From assembly GCF_009914755.1 (NCBI RefSeq), contig NC_060925.1: 64,000 nucleotides of DNA. One strand, written 5' to 3'. Positions 46,967 through 60,685 of the stretch are shown one piece after another; position 1 is the first letter of the stretch; the number at the start of each line of letters is the position of its first letter. The position numbers were made by a program, and so were the translations under genes. Origin of the DNA: the human T2T-CHM13v2.0 reference genome, Homo sapiens. The notes beneath the pieces were generated by a model. It worked only from the letters and a program-made list of their open reading frames with translations. It was not told the DNA's origin and did no database searches.

Positions 46967-49020
46967 TCAATTAAGAGACAGATGCCCTCAAAGAGGAACC
47001 GAAAGTTAATTTTTAGCAGGAAAAAAAAAAGCGTTCATCTTACATCCATGGGCATAGGTAGTAGTGCTGGCTATAGAAGTACAAATTTGGCTGTTGTTAT
47101 TATAATAGTTTCTTCAGAGGTAAATTTTGACAAAGCCTAACTAATAACGAAAGAATTTCAAAAGAATTCCCCCCAATGAACCTTCAAGGAAGAATTGTAT
47201 TTAGATATAAATAGCTGCTGATTTTAGAGACATTTCAAAACTTCTCCTTCCTCCTTTCTAATACTCAACTTAAAATCCTTTAAGAAAAGTAAAATGATTT
47301 TTATTCCACAATTTGAGACAAGGCTAACATTGTAAATACCACTGAGAGAAGGAAGACAGCAGCTGGCCATGTCGGAAAGAGCCCTGAGCCTGATTCTAGG
47401 CCTATTAACCTCTGTCCAGCTCATGACCACTAGCAATGCAGGCCACCTCTTCATTCTCATTAGCTGTGAAATCAGGGGCTTGAACCAGTGGGCCTCAGTT
47501 TCTGTCCTTCTCAGCATATCTGTAACTGAGGTTTCAAATAATATAAAGTGTGAATCGCCAACAACAAGTACTTTCCATGGAATTATTTTGATATAATGAA
47601 GGATCTCTGGCAGGAGAAGATTCTAGAAGGAGGAGGCAGAACATCTCATCTGTCTTGTTTCTATACAGCTGAATGGCCAGGCCTTCTGTGCCTTGCAGAA
47701 ATCTCAAGGATTCATTTCAAGCGTGTGGTTCCTCTTTGAGGCATCCTACACATTTTCCTTATTTTCCACTCCAAATGCTATGAGCTTCTCTGAAATTAAG
47801 GCTATGGCACAAATGGAGAAACCTGACTCCAGCTGTAAAGAGATTTGTTTTATGGGATAGTTATCTGGTCACTTCTCTTTGAAAGTTCATTCTTGCTCTC
47901 CCTGATCTGGTGTTTATGTGGTCCCTGAGGAGACCACCTGTTCAGCATGTCATACTGTCCTGTCACAGGTATGTTCTATCAGGCACTGGTCCTAGCCCTG
48001 CAGCAGGAAGTGCAAGATGGAGCAGATGACTTCCTACAACTCTAAATGGTTTTCTCTGATGGCCCAAGATGGAAGGAATGGTACTGATTTAAGGCCTCAA
48101 CTGGTTTCACTACAAAAAGAAAAAAAAAAAAAGGTGGGGGGTGGAACTATTAACAAGTTACAGGGATTTCTGCTGACCAGATGAGAGGCAAATGTTAAAA
48201 AGTTTGTAGTCAGCTTGCTTGGGCTTTTAAATGACATTCACTGGAAATGAGACTTGGTGGCCTGCTGAGCTTGAGTGGGTGAAGCCTCCATATGAACTAG
48301 TGTTTGAAGGAGGCAGGGGCAAGGCTGTCCAAGAAAAGGTCACCTTGCTTCCATGCACTTTGAAGAAATGCTCTTGTGAACATAAAGTACTCAATACAGA
48401 TAACAGCAATTTTTCAAAGTTCCCATAGAAAGAGAAGACTATGGTATTCATTTTGCAGAGAACAAACCGAGATACTGACAAGTCTTTCTCCTCCTATGAT
48501 CTAACAGCTTGTCGAATGTTAAACAAGATTGGAATTTCCAGCCAAGTGCAAAATGAGCACAAAGAGGGAGCCCATCCTCTTTGATCATTTACAACACTTG
48601 GCTGACTAGAGATTCTCATCACAGAAAAGCTAGGGCAGGGTGGGACACCAGTCCAGGCCAGGCCATACTGATACAGGAGGGTCAGAGCTGCCTCTCAAAG
48701 CAAAGCATGACTCTCTTCCCTGTGCCCTCCTCCCCTCTGTACCTGCCAGGTCCCGAGTGCTCTGAGCATCTTGACAGAAATTTTATTTAATGGATGAGTG
48801 TGTTCTATAGGGTCCAAAAAACCCAGTTCCAATCCCAGATGTCTTACTGATTAAGGACAGAACCTTAGCAAGTTAGCAACTCCAAGCCTTTTACATTTTA
48901 AGGAATTGCCAATATCTATTTTGTAGAGATGTTTTGAGAAATAGGTAAGATATAATAGTATACATTACAAAGTGCTCATAACTGTATCTGGCACATAGGC
49001 ATTAATTTAAAAAAAAAAAA

Positions 49021-49143
49021 TTTAGTAGAGATAGGGTCTCACTATGTTGCTCAGGCTGGTCTTAAACTCCTGGGCTCAAGAAATCCTCCTGTCTCAGCCT
49101 CAAAGCATTGGGATTACAGGCGTGAGCCACTGCACCTAGCCCA
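49021..49143 (-). mobile_element. FLAM-type Alu monomer
   Basis: 'gtagagatagggtctcactatgttgctcaggctggtcttaaactcctgggctcaag...gtgagccactgcacctagcc'. Confidence 0.8.
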
Positions 49144-52100
49144 GCACAAAAGCATTAACTATTCTCTTCTATGAGAGAAGAGTGAAGGAAGGAGAAAGGA
49201 ACTTGGGTTCTAATGAGAATGGCTCTGCGGTGTTGGCCTCTGTCTGTGGAGCTAAGCATCTTGGCCTCTCCCCACCCTGATGAGCATTATGTCACAACAG
49301 CTACATGTTTGTTGTACATGCTAGAGGAACCTCCATCACTGTGAATGATGGAGCACTAGGCCAGGTAGCAGCTAAGGCCCTACCTGTGCCATATTCCCAA
49401 AGGCTAACCTAACTCTGGTTCCTCTCTGAATTATCTGTCCCTCCTCCCTCACTTCCAGTTCAGGACAAGAATGGCTGCCCGTGTCTCCATCTTTCCTCAA
49501 ATGAAGCAAAGTGGGATTGACAGAACACAAATAGCTAGACTGGTGTTTTTCCCACTATCCTTAGAGGTCTTAATTCACTTCTGAGAAGTGATTAAAATAT
49601 AATGCCCTAAGTAGCTTAAAACTTTCAGGAGTTCTGTAGCATCTGTAGGATCTGTAGGATCAATCTCCTACAGCACCAGCTCCCTTCATCCTATTTTACC
49701 CATGGGCCAATATGAGGTGACACACATGAAAATTCATATATGACATTAAATTGCTCCAATATCCAAGGCTAATGGCCAAAATAACCAAAAAGGATACGTT
49801 TAGCAGTAATTCCGTATGAGGACAATAACCTAGAATATACTTGTTTTTACCATAAAGACAAGTTAAACGTGACCATGAAAATCCTGAATACTAAACCTGC
49901 TGACTTTTGCATCTCTAAATTGATCATTTCCAGATTGTAATATAAGGGCTTTCACATACAGTTTCTTTTTCAATTTATTTTGCTGTGCTTTTCTCCCTCC
50001 TCCCCCAAAATTGAAAAACAGTAAGGCAAAACCCCATCTAGGCTAGTAAAGAATAAATTTCCATGTAATTACTTCGTTCCATGAGCCAGACTCTTCTCTC
50101 GTATAATTCAATGGCATCTGTCTCTGAGGAGTGCTGATTCACTGTGTATCCTTGAGAAGTCTTCTTTGAGGCTTTCAAACAGGTAAAAGGTAAAATATCA
50201 GCACCCTATAGACTGATCCCAGAGAATAAACCCAGAGATCGTAAAGTTTAATGAGCACAGCACTGTTCATCTCAACAAAAGAATTACTTAGTTGAGATGA
50301 GTACCATCCTCATAATGCAAACATGAACATTAGAGTGCTAATAGGAATTGCGTGGTTTCAATCTTAGAAAGACTCCTAGTGAATCATTCTCCATAAAAGT
50401 TAAAGGTATGCACAGACCTAAACTCCTTCTCTTTAAAATTGCTTTGAATATATTCATCCAATTCTCATTTTGCACATTGGTACTCTGTGCTCTGAGTGTC
50501 TCCGCTTCTTAGATGGTCCTATTTTGTATCTACCACATTCCTTAGGTGGACTGCAGCATTTCTTCACTTTCCATTAACTTAATTGTTTTCTCCCCTACTT
50601 GTTTTACTGCCTTCCTTGCTGCAGCATGCATCTGTTATCTTCATTTAGAATTCATCTGCTTCTTTCTGGCAACAGTATCTAGTTTTCCCACTATTACACA
50701 CTTTCTCCCACTCTCACTGCCTTAGCCCTACCTTCAGGGAAGGCATGTGACTCAGGCCTGGACAATCAAAGCATCATATTCCCCCCTACCACAGTAATTA
50801 AAATGGAGATGACTCAATTAAAGACAATTATACTCAATGAGATTTTGGTAGAAATCTTAGGAGAAAGGTACATGCCTTTTCCCATCAGATTTAAACCTCA
50901 AAATATGTAGGGCCAGGGGTTCTGGTAAGCATGTTTATACCATGGGGAAACTGAGAATAAAGTCAGGATGATAGAGAGCAAAGTTGAGAAATGGAGTTGA
51001 TGATCTTTTATGGGTGCCTACATTAAGCTTTGCCTAAAACTGCCTATTTGAGTCATTTCAGTTTCATGACCCAATGAGTTTCTTTTTTGCTTTGCCATTT
51101 GGGTTTTATTTTATTTACAACAGTAAGAATCCTAATTGATATACATCCCTAATTCTATAGGTAATTCCACTATGAATCTGAAGGGGTAGGAATATTAAGA
51201 TAAAGCTGGAAGAGAGAGAAATAAAAATGAGAATGGTAGGACTAGACTATGAACCACTTTGTCAAATGGAAGCTATGGATGATTCCTTCCTAAGACATGA
51301 TAAATTACCTATGAGTAGGAACAAGGGATTTCAGCTACGTAAATAGACATCTAGCTCTGTAAAAAAAATATCTAATAAGATAGTGACTTTACTTTAGAAA
51401 AATACATAATCTCTTAAATGGTTGCTGGCCTCATTCTGATCAATAAGAACAGGCTAAACAATGAAGTAAAAATGCTGGAAACTTTTCAAGATGATTTTTT
51501 CATATTAGTGTCCCTGGCAAATTGGCAAATAAGGAAGATAATGTACAGAATAGAAAAACAACAGCTGCTGTTTTCTTTTTTTAAGTTTTCTAAAAGTTCA
51601 GTAGAAAGAAATGCACAAATCTAAACAAAAAGGTAATTTCAAAAACCAATTACAACCCCACAAATGGTAAGAAGATAAAAGAGGAGTGTCTAAAGACATC
51701 AAAGTCAAAGTGGCCATTCTCTGATAGGTTTGTGAAATGCAGTTAGATAAGACATAAAAGGAAGAATATATAAATAAAAGCAGGAAAAACAATGGTGTGA
51801 TCTTGTGGGAATAACATTAGGATGCCCAGAATTAAGTGAAGTTTGTAGTCTTCTCTAACAGTAATACTCATGTTTTTTCTCCTACTGGGTTTATTTCTTT
51901 CAAAGTGTATCACTTTAATTTACTATTCTTGTCATTATTTCTGTCCCAAGAAGACTTAACATTACCCACGACAGCATGAGAAATGCTAATGTTAATTGAC
52001 TGCATGAGTGAACAAGTGACTCTTACTTCTTAATGTTAAAGCTTCAAGGTCATTTTACTCACTCCTCATATTATACGCACTGACATATGGATTCCTGAGA

Positions 52101-52156
52101 CCATAAATAATTGTTCCCAACTTACTATGTTGTTATCTTCACTTAAGAATTTTGGG

Positions 52157-52442
52157 GGCCAGGTGTGGTGACTCATGCCTGTAATCCCAGCACTTTGGGA
52201 GGCCAAAGTGGGCAAATCACTTCAGGTCAGGAGTTTGAGACCAGTTTCAGCATGGCCAGCATGGTGAAACCACGTCTCTACAAAAAATACAAAAATTAGC
52301 CAGGCATGGTGGTGTGCACCTGTAGTCCCAGCTACTCAGGAGGCTGAGGCAGGAGAATTGTTTGAACCCAGGAGGCAGAGGTTACAGTGAGCCGAGATGG
52401 TACCACTGCACTCCAGCCTGGGTGACAGGGCAAAACTCTGTT
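52157..52442 (+). mobile_element. AluS/J with greatly expanded purine tail
   Basis: Alu dimer; TSD aagaattttg at 52145-52154 and 52877-52886. Confidence 0.9.
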
Positions 52443-52568
52443 GAAAAGAAAGAAAGAAAGGAAGAAAGAAAGGAAGAAGGAAGGAAGGAAGGAAGGAAGG
52501 AAGGAAGGAAGGAAGGAAGGAAGGAAAGAAAGAAAGAAGAAAGAAGGAAGGAAGGAAGGAAGGAAGGA

Positions 52569-52615
<47 letters not shown>

Positions 52616-52693
52616 GAAGAAGGAAAGAAAGATGGAAGGAAGGAAGGAAGGAAAGAAGGAAGGAAGGAAAGAAAGGAAGGAAGGAAGGAAGGA

Positions 52694-52733
<40 letters not shown>

Positions 52734-52873
52734 AGGAAAGAAAGATGGAAGGAAGGAAGGAAGGAAAGAAGGAAGGAAGGAAAGAAAGAAAGGAAGGAAG
52801 GAAGGAAAGAAAGAAAGAAAGAGAGAGAGAAAGAAAAAGAAAGAAAGAAAGGGAGGGAGGGAAGGAAGGAAAA
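52443..52873 (+). repeat. Compound (GAAA)n/(GGAA)n microsatellite
   Basis: ~430 bp almost entirely purine. Confidence 0.97.
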
Positions 52874-53034
52874 TAAAAGAATTTTGAGTACTTTCTTCAC
52901 TATCCTTTACAAAACTTATTTTCTTCTTTTTTCTTTTCTAATCATCATGCCCTTCAAATTTTATCCTAAAGTTGTCTCTGGTTAATGTTTGCCAAACACA
53001 TTGACATTAGTCCCTATGATACAGAACCTAGCAG

Positions 53035-54000
53035 AGTTTATTCACTTATTCAATCACTATTTGAGTACTAAATATACACTCAACCAACAGGGAGTGTTTG
53101 GATCCAGGGATTTAATCATGCGGGAAAAAAATAGTGAGAAAAATGTGGATAAGAGACATTAATGAAAGAATGACACAAATAAACAAGAGCTCACCTTAAG
53201 GATACTTGGCCTACTCTGGATGGCAGGGAATTTCCCCAAGGAAGTCATATTTAAGCTGTGATCTCAAAGACAGATAGCACTAAGCACTAAGAAGGCAAGT
53301 GGGTAGCAAGGAGCCTTCCAGAGAAAGAGAACAACGTGGCAGGAAAGAGCACACCATGTTTGAGAAAGGGAAGTAAGATGAGTGATGCTGAAACAACAGA
53401 GAGAACGAGGGGAGGTGATATAGGCTGAAGCTAGAGTAGTAATAATAGCAATAATGAGGATGATCATAGAGAACATTTTTGAACACTCAGTAAATCCTAG
53501 GCTCTTTCCTAAGCACTTTACATTCATTAATCCTCATTGTTGTTATCCCTATTTTAGAGGTGAGGCAGCAAAAGCCAGAACATGCAAGGTCTAGCGACAA
53601 TGTTAAGGAATATGTCTTTCATAGGTGAAAGTAAACTGTGGCCATTGAGCAGCTTTAAGCAGACTGGAGATAGAAGGTTGAGGTGCAAAGATGTGTGTTT
53701 TGAAAAAAATGATTCTCATTTCTACATGAGGAATGGCTTGGAAGAAAATGTAGAAACTATGGAAGACATTAAGGTCATGCAGTGAGAGGTGACGTCAGTG
53801 CAGAGTGGCATGGTAACAAGGAAGGTTAGAGATGTGGACAGATTTAAGAACTTAGTAATGGTTGAGCATGGGGGTAGGGCAGGGAGGGAAACTTCCGGGA
53901 TATCAAGTGTTCTCCTTCCCCATGGAGAGGGCACCAGGCTGTGAGGTAGATGATAACTCAGTTTTGGACATGCTGAGCATAAGGAACTTCGGGGACAAAA
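53035..54000 (-). mobile_element. LINE-2 fragment with nested MIR (~53450-53580)
   Basis: 'ttattcacttattcaatcactatt', 'gaggtagatgataactcagttttggacatgctgag'. Confidence 0.55.
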
Positions 54001-55186
54001 CAAAATATGTAATCAATTACTGTTTGTTTTAATGGATTGAATTGAGATGCTCCCTACCCCCTATCAGGAGCTCTTCATGATTATAGTGCAGAATTAGGAT
54101 ATTGCTCTCCTATAGCTAAAAAGGGAGTGCTTTAAAAAAAATTCTATGTGATAAGCCATACGTATGGGCATTATTCCTCACCTCAGTGATAAATGAGATC
54201 TGTATAAATCAGCTATGTTTTTATCATTACAGTGACGTCATAGTTCAATGGCTCATGTCCACTAAATTGTCCTTCTTTCCCAGTATCTTACTTGTATGAC
54301 TTGATCGGTAGCTGATCCCTCTCACTAACCAACCTCAACTAATACAAGTCAAACTGATGAAAATTCAATCATCAACAGAGACCCTCATAATCCTAACTCT
54401 TTAACTGCCTGACAAACACTGAAACACCCAATGGTACTGAACTCGGTAGTGATGTCCACCAACTCTCTTGGGGAATGGAGAGCTTTTGTAAATGGTGGAT
54501 CCCCTCATGTCCACAGATGGAAAGTTGGCAGTTCTGGTGTCATTGGTCCAGAATGATTCCTTTTAGAACAACAGTTATCAAATAGCTTGAAGTCACTGCT
54601 GATAAAGCTCTCGGTTTTGGCCACTCAAATAGCTCCATTATATACATGAGGAAGTTGAGGCACAGATTTTATTCAAGTATATCCATCAGAACAACAACAG
54701 GATTGCATTGTATTTAGTTATAACTGACCTGGACTCTTATTTCCTTTTCCTTCTATGTTTATATTTCCTCAGTCACTTTCTCCAAGCATAACTTGCCTGG
54801 TTAGTTCATTTGCTCCTTGTCACTAGCAGTGTTCAGGCAAAAGCCATTCCTGAGGTAGAATCTTCATCTCCAGAACCTCCAGCCTCTCTGGACTCTCCAA
54901 ACACATAAACACCCTTGAGTCTAACTGAAGACATCTGAAGACCATATACTTGACTTATAAAAAAAAAATTGACCTATTGAGAGTTAATGCTCAAGTTGTT
55001 GAACAATAAAAACCATCAATAGGAAGAGCAAACTAAAATCTTTGTGGAAAATTAAAGCTGTAGTAAGAAAGAATAAGAAAAATAATGTAACCTGGTGGAA
55101 AGGAAACTGTCCTGTCAAATAAGAGATCTGCGTTGGTACTCTGAACTTAGCTCTGCCACCACTTAACTACAGATATGATACTAGAC

Positions 55187-55406
55187 CAGACTTGTCCAAC
55201 CCATGGCCCAAGGGCTGCATGCAGCCAAGAATAGCTTTGAATGCAGCTCAACACAAATTTGTAAACTTTCTTAAAACATTATGAGATTTTTTGTAGTTTT
55301 TTTAGCTCCTCGGCTATCATTAGTTTTAGTATATTTCATGTGTGGCCCAAGACGATTTTTCTTCTTCCAATGTGGTGCAAGGAAGCCAAAACACTGGACA
55401 CCCCTG
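55187..55406. mobile_element. MER30 hAT-Charlie DNA transposon inserted in a MIR
   Basis: Termini cagacttgtcca...tggacacccctg; perfect 8-bp TSD tactagac (55179-55186, 55407-55414). Confidence 0.88.
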
Positions 55407-58233
55407 TACTAGACTGTGTCATGCCTCAGTTTCTTTTTTGTGTCAAAGGCAGAAGATAATGAATCTCATGCATTCTTCTCCTTAAACAACTATTTACAAT
55501 ACTCCATTCAATGTGATTTTAAAAATAAAAAGACTTAAATTTTTGCAAAACTGTGGAGAATTTACCTAAGTGCTTTCTTCAAAGTTTTATCAGCAGATGA
55601 GTCTTAATGACAAGAGAAATAAAAGATGGCAGCCAAGGCAGGATGAAAAAAGCATTCTTAACCTCATCTATGCAGAAAGACAGATCCACCCTCACCAGTA
55701 GCAGCACAAAACTGTCTAGGACTGCTATGTGACATGACAGATACTCATATGCTGAAACAATGAGGTAATATGGACAATTGGATAAGTCAGTCACTATTTG
55801 GCACCAATCTTAGGTTTGGTGCAAACACTGCCAATACTCACCTCATTAAAAGGGAATTGCTGTAAAAAATAGCCTACCACTGCAGTTTCCACTAGAAGCT
55901 CATTCCTCTCTATTCCTTCTAAGATGCAAAGCAGTTCAGCATGCATGGCTGTGTCTCTTCTCTTCATTCATGATACTGTCCAGAGTCACTGAAACTCTTA
56001 GTTCTTAAGGGAAGAGGGGATGGGTGTTGTTGGTTTTACATCCTTTGTTAACGTCAAGAAACCAAGCCACATATTTTTTAATAATGAGAATCTGGATCAA
56101 CTTCAATGGATATTTCAAAAATATATTCCAATTAAACTATTTAATAGAGTCCTGGCTTTTTCTCTAACCCCATCCCATCACCATATGTATCCAATAATTC
56201 AAGTTCTTTCTTCTCTTCCGATAAAAGTGAGGGTCACTGAAGCGTTTTGAAAGTTCAGTTTATTTGAAACCATTGTTTTCAAAATGTCAATAATAACCCT
56301 TCATACTGGTAAATTTTTAGTATAAGTACCATGAAGCCTGCTATGCTGCACATCTAAGTAACCCATGCAAGCTTCCTGTGTCTGTGCCTGCCCAATGGCG
56401 TCCCTCAATGATCACTCCTTATCAATGTCTACATACATATTAGGTGGTTGTGCTCCAAGAAGAAGTTTGAGAGTGGCTCTGCCCACCTGAGCCACAGTGC
56501 CAGCAAGTGATCCCATTCACTATTCATTGGGTACGTACTGGGTGCCAGGCCCTGTAGTAGATCTTGGGGATACAGCATTGAACACAATTGTTGCCATTAA
56601 TGCCTGCCCTCTGGAACTGGCAATATCCCTGCCAACCTTCTCCGACCAGCCTCCATGATACAAACTCCTGCTTAGCTAGAGCTTGGAAAGGCAATGAGTA
56701 AAGCAAGGGCAGAGAAGCAAAGAAGCCACCAGAGAACTAAATCAAATCAATGACACATTTTTGTATACACAGCATGTTTATATAAATTTCCTCACACCAA
56801 AAAATTATCCCTCTTTTGTAGGTGAGAATACTGGCATGCAGGAATAGAAGTAAATTGCCTCAATGTAGAGAATTCATGACCATCAAAGACGGGGGCCTAG
56901 ATTTTCCTGAGTCTCTTTAAGCCCCTGTCTCTTAATGGCCATCCGTGAGGGCCTCAAAGCCATGGTGACACCTTGAATAACTATTGACTCTGCTTCTAAT
57001 CACAGCTTTGTAGGGAGGAATATATAAAAGAGATGGAAATTCTGGATCACTTACTTCACCAGATCGCTGTGAAAATGAATAGTCTAATCATGTTTTAAAT
57101 AATTAATCGTCAGAAAGGCAATATTCCTTGGTCCTGACACAACTTTGCTTAAGTGTCTACATACAGGGACATAAGGGCCTTGAAGGTGAAGATAATGAGG
57201 ATGATGAAGACAATGATAACTAGTTGTATTAAATGCTTACTATGATTTTAAATGCACTATCTCATTTAATTCAAGAATTCTATTTGATTCTACTTTTCCA
57301 AATAATGCAGACGATAAAACTGGGTGTCAGAAAAGTTGAGGGACTTGACCAAGGTCACAAAGCTAGAAAGGATCAGTGATAAGAGCCTAGCCTAGACCTA
57401 GTCTAACTCCAGAGTCTATGCTTTTAATCACTACACTCATCTTAAAACCTGACAGATTTCAGCAATTTAGGTTACAAACCTAATTCAGTGTGCAAAATGT
57501 TAGAAGCTCCCCTGAAAAGGGTAAGTTAAATATAATATATGGGTGCTATGCCTGGGAAAGCTACAGACAAGACTGAGAAAATTTGAAATAAGTCACAACC
57601 CATCTGGCCACAGGTTTCCCAACCTGAGCTGCGAGGAAAGAAAAATTATAAATTGGATAAAAAGCACAAAGTTCAAAGCAGTAGGGGGGAAAGTCTACTT
57701 ATTCCACCAACTGAGAGGGGTGTTGTTTTATATAAGCAAAAAAGGAAAGAACACAAGTTGCAAGGTCCAGATAGGCTTGCAGCAGCCCATTCCTCACCTG
57801 GAGACCTGATACAATTTATTCCCATTGTCCAGAGCTAAGATTTTGCTCATCACGAAACTTTTCTTATTCTAAGAAAACTGAGAAGGCTACCATGAGGAAT
57901 AAATGAAGTTATTAAAAAAATCTCTTCAAATACCAAGGCATATGTGAATGCTTAGCAATATTAATAATAATATCATCATCATTATAAATATATAACTGCA
58001 CTCTTAGGAAGGGAGAGAGCATTTTGAGTGCCAGATGAAATGCTGCCTTTGGACCAGCTTGTTTACCCAAGTGGTGATGCTTTGGTTATTTACAGAGCTC
58101 CTGAGTTCTCTTCATTCCAGGAGAATTGGTATAACCCATATCTTGGCCTGAGGCCAGATGTGCTATATTCGGTTGAGCTCCCACTCTGTCCCTGGCCCTA
58201 TCACTAAGCAGAGGCCTTGCTCCAGGGCTTTAC

Positions 58234-58331
58234 CTTGCTGCTTCTGCATGGTGGTGAAGTCTTCGAAGGTGAGTGTGCGCACAGGAGGTCTCCAGAATGC
58301 ATATGTCTCCATGATGGCTTCAAGTCCAGTT
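58234..58331 (-). CDS. TBX15: TBX15 penultimate coding exon (98 bp, just C-terminal to the T-box)
   Basis: (R)[32 protein letters not shown](G), typical TBX15/18/22 post-T-box motif; acceptor ctcttgtcAG, donor AAG|GTAAAG. Confidence 0.92.
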
Positions 58332-60321
58332 CTGACAAGAGAAAAGCCAGCAAAGGAAGTCATAAATAATTTCAAGAAATGCATTGACTTTTCAGAGATC
58401 CAGAGGTGGACTGTCAAACAGGTAATAAAAACATAGATACTAAGCTACCACCATCAAGGTAAATTCGGGTGAAAAAACTCAAGGTACAATGATGCTGGAC
58501 TGCAGGGGGAATAACAAATTAACCCAATTCAGATCATTTGCAAGCAAATCTACAACTATGATGGAATTTTATTCTGACCCTCCTTTAAATGAGGCTAGGT
58601 CTGCAGGCAAAAAAGCATGGTAAGTATTAAAGGTCAAGGCCACTAATATCATGAGTACAGTTGTGCAGAAAGTAACATTGACTGCTTCTCTAGCACAGAA
58701 CAATGTCGTCATCATTACCACACTGCACTGACACAGCCTGACCGAGAGTCAACTCCTCACCTTGGGTATGTACAGAACGAATGGAACTGTCAAACTGCTG
58801 TGGTTTTAAAGGCTTCTTAAATCAACAGAGATGAATAGGGCAACAGAAATAAAAGGAGAGGTAAGCAGTGAAATAGACTTGGGTTTCTGCTGCAATAAGA
58901 AACACCTACCTGAAGATAAAGAAAGGGCTTGGTCTCAAAAATTATGGCTCAGGCAAAAAGACTAATACATTTCTCCAAATATTCATCTGCATTTTAGTAA
59001 CCTAATAATCAGTCTGGTCTTTGGCCATCACAAACTGTCAGAGTTCAGGAAGTATCCAACATTTTACGAGTACATTCCTTTAAGGCTCCTGGTTCATTTG
59101 TATTGGAAATTCCATAAATTGGACTATGTGCATACTGTCTTTTTACCCTTCAATTAACTATGTCTCTAACACATATGCAAGTGCTGATATACATCATTTT
59201 CACATGATTATTGAGATTATCTCAGACATATTCTTGATGATATCCATACCCTCAAAACAAAATATCAGCTGGGGCTTTGTTTGAAGCTTTGAACACAGCT
59301 TCTAATTATTGATCTTTCTTTAAAAAAAAAACTGCTTCACTTAACTAAACAGAGAGAGGAGAAGTGTGGGACCTGTGAGAAAGGTGGGAGGAGAATAGGA
59401 AAGAGCAGATGGCATAAATCTTTTCATTGCAAGGTCACTGGAAGGTGGGTGGTATGGCATCCCTTCCTGAAATGGATTAGCTTCCCCTTTTGAGATGAAA
59501 CTTCTGCTGCCTGTGTTTCTTTCTTGGTAATGTATTTCCAGAGTTCTCTTCAGCCTTACACAACAAGAATAAAGAAATTTTATTTTAGGTGAGAACAAAT
59601 ATCCTTTACTTATCAACAACTATAGGATACCCTGAGGTTCTTCTCAGATGAGCTGCTGATACGCTGATTGACTCTTTGTGTTGGAAAATTTCCTCTCTGA
59701 ACAGGCCTCACTTGCACAGTTAACTTTCTAAAGTCTTCCCTGGAATCTTGGAGGCTTTAAATACACCAATGTTGGCAAACCAAACTCTGTATTTTAAGAA
59801 GAGGTTCAGAGAAGAGAGTGTTACATGGTGTTTATTAGCTGTTAATCTGTTAGAAGTAGGAATAGGAGACATCTCCACATAGTCACTCTACATTAATGTT
59901 GAATACAGTACATGAAACTATTTGTGGAGAGAAAGAGCCCAGGCAATTAGGGAGTTCAGAATAATAAGGGGATAGGCAGATAAAGCCACACTGAGCCTGG
60001 ATGGATAGAAGAAATAGATAGGCCAGGCTTAGGTCTTACTGCTTTGTTTTGGAATGTTGGCCACCCACCAGAATATCTTAGGATTCCCTTTAATGGCACA
60101 GGAGGCTCACTGAAAATGGCAGAGTCTTTATTGTTCCACCTCCTAGTTCATTCTTCCCAGGAACATGTACTGATGATGAGGACAAAATATTAGCTCAAGG
60201 ACAAAGAACAGTCCCTTCTCAGTTCATAATGAAGTGCTGGAAGACTATGAAATTGCAATAATATACTGATACACTGCCAATATTTTATTTGTTGAATAAA
60301 TAGAAAATGAACTTCATTTTC

Positions 60322-60685
60322 TATCCTAGTTCATTTTGTGCTGCTATAACCTACCATATGCTAGGTAATTTATAAACAATAAAGTTTATTTGGCTCACAG
60401 TTCTGGAGGCTGAGAAGTCCAAGAGCAAGGTGCTGGCACCTGGTAGGGGCCTTTGTGCTGAGTCATACATGGTGAAAGATGGAAGGTCAAGAGAGGGCAA
60501 GAGCAAGAGAGAAAGGCACCAAACTTATTCTTTCATCAGGAACACACTCCTGTGTTAATTAGCCATTCATGGGGCACAGCTCTCAGAGCCTAATCACCTC
60601 TTAAAGGTCCCATCTCTTAACACTGTTTTATTGCAGATTAAGTTTGGAACACATAAACTTTGGGGGACATATTCAAACCATAGCA
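60322..60685 (-). mobile_element. MST-type MaLR solo LTR
   Basis: 'agttcattttgtgctgctataac..tttatttggctcacagttctggaggctg.gaagtccaaga..attcaaaccatagca'. Confidence 0.8.

Noticed and set aside
50267-50300. 10-bp inverted repeat with 14-nt loop
   Set aside because: Within chance expectation for 64 kb
52362-52985. Long K/E/R-rich and F/L/S-rich ORFs (also 11081-11401)
   Set aside because: Translations of GA-rich microsatellites that lack stop codons
58163-58417. 84-aa minus-strand ORF as a standalone gene
   Set aside because: Only 58234-58331 is exon; the rest is intron
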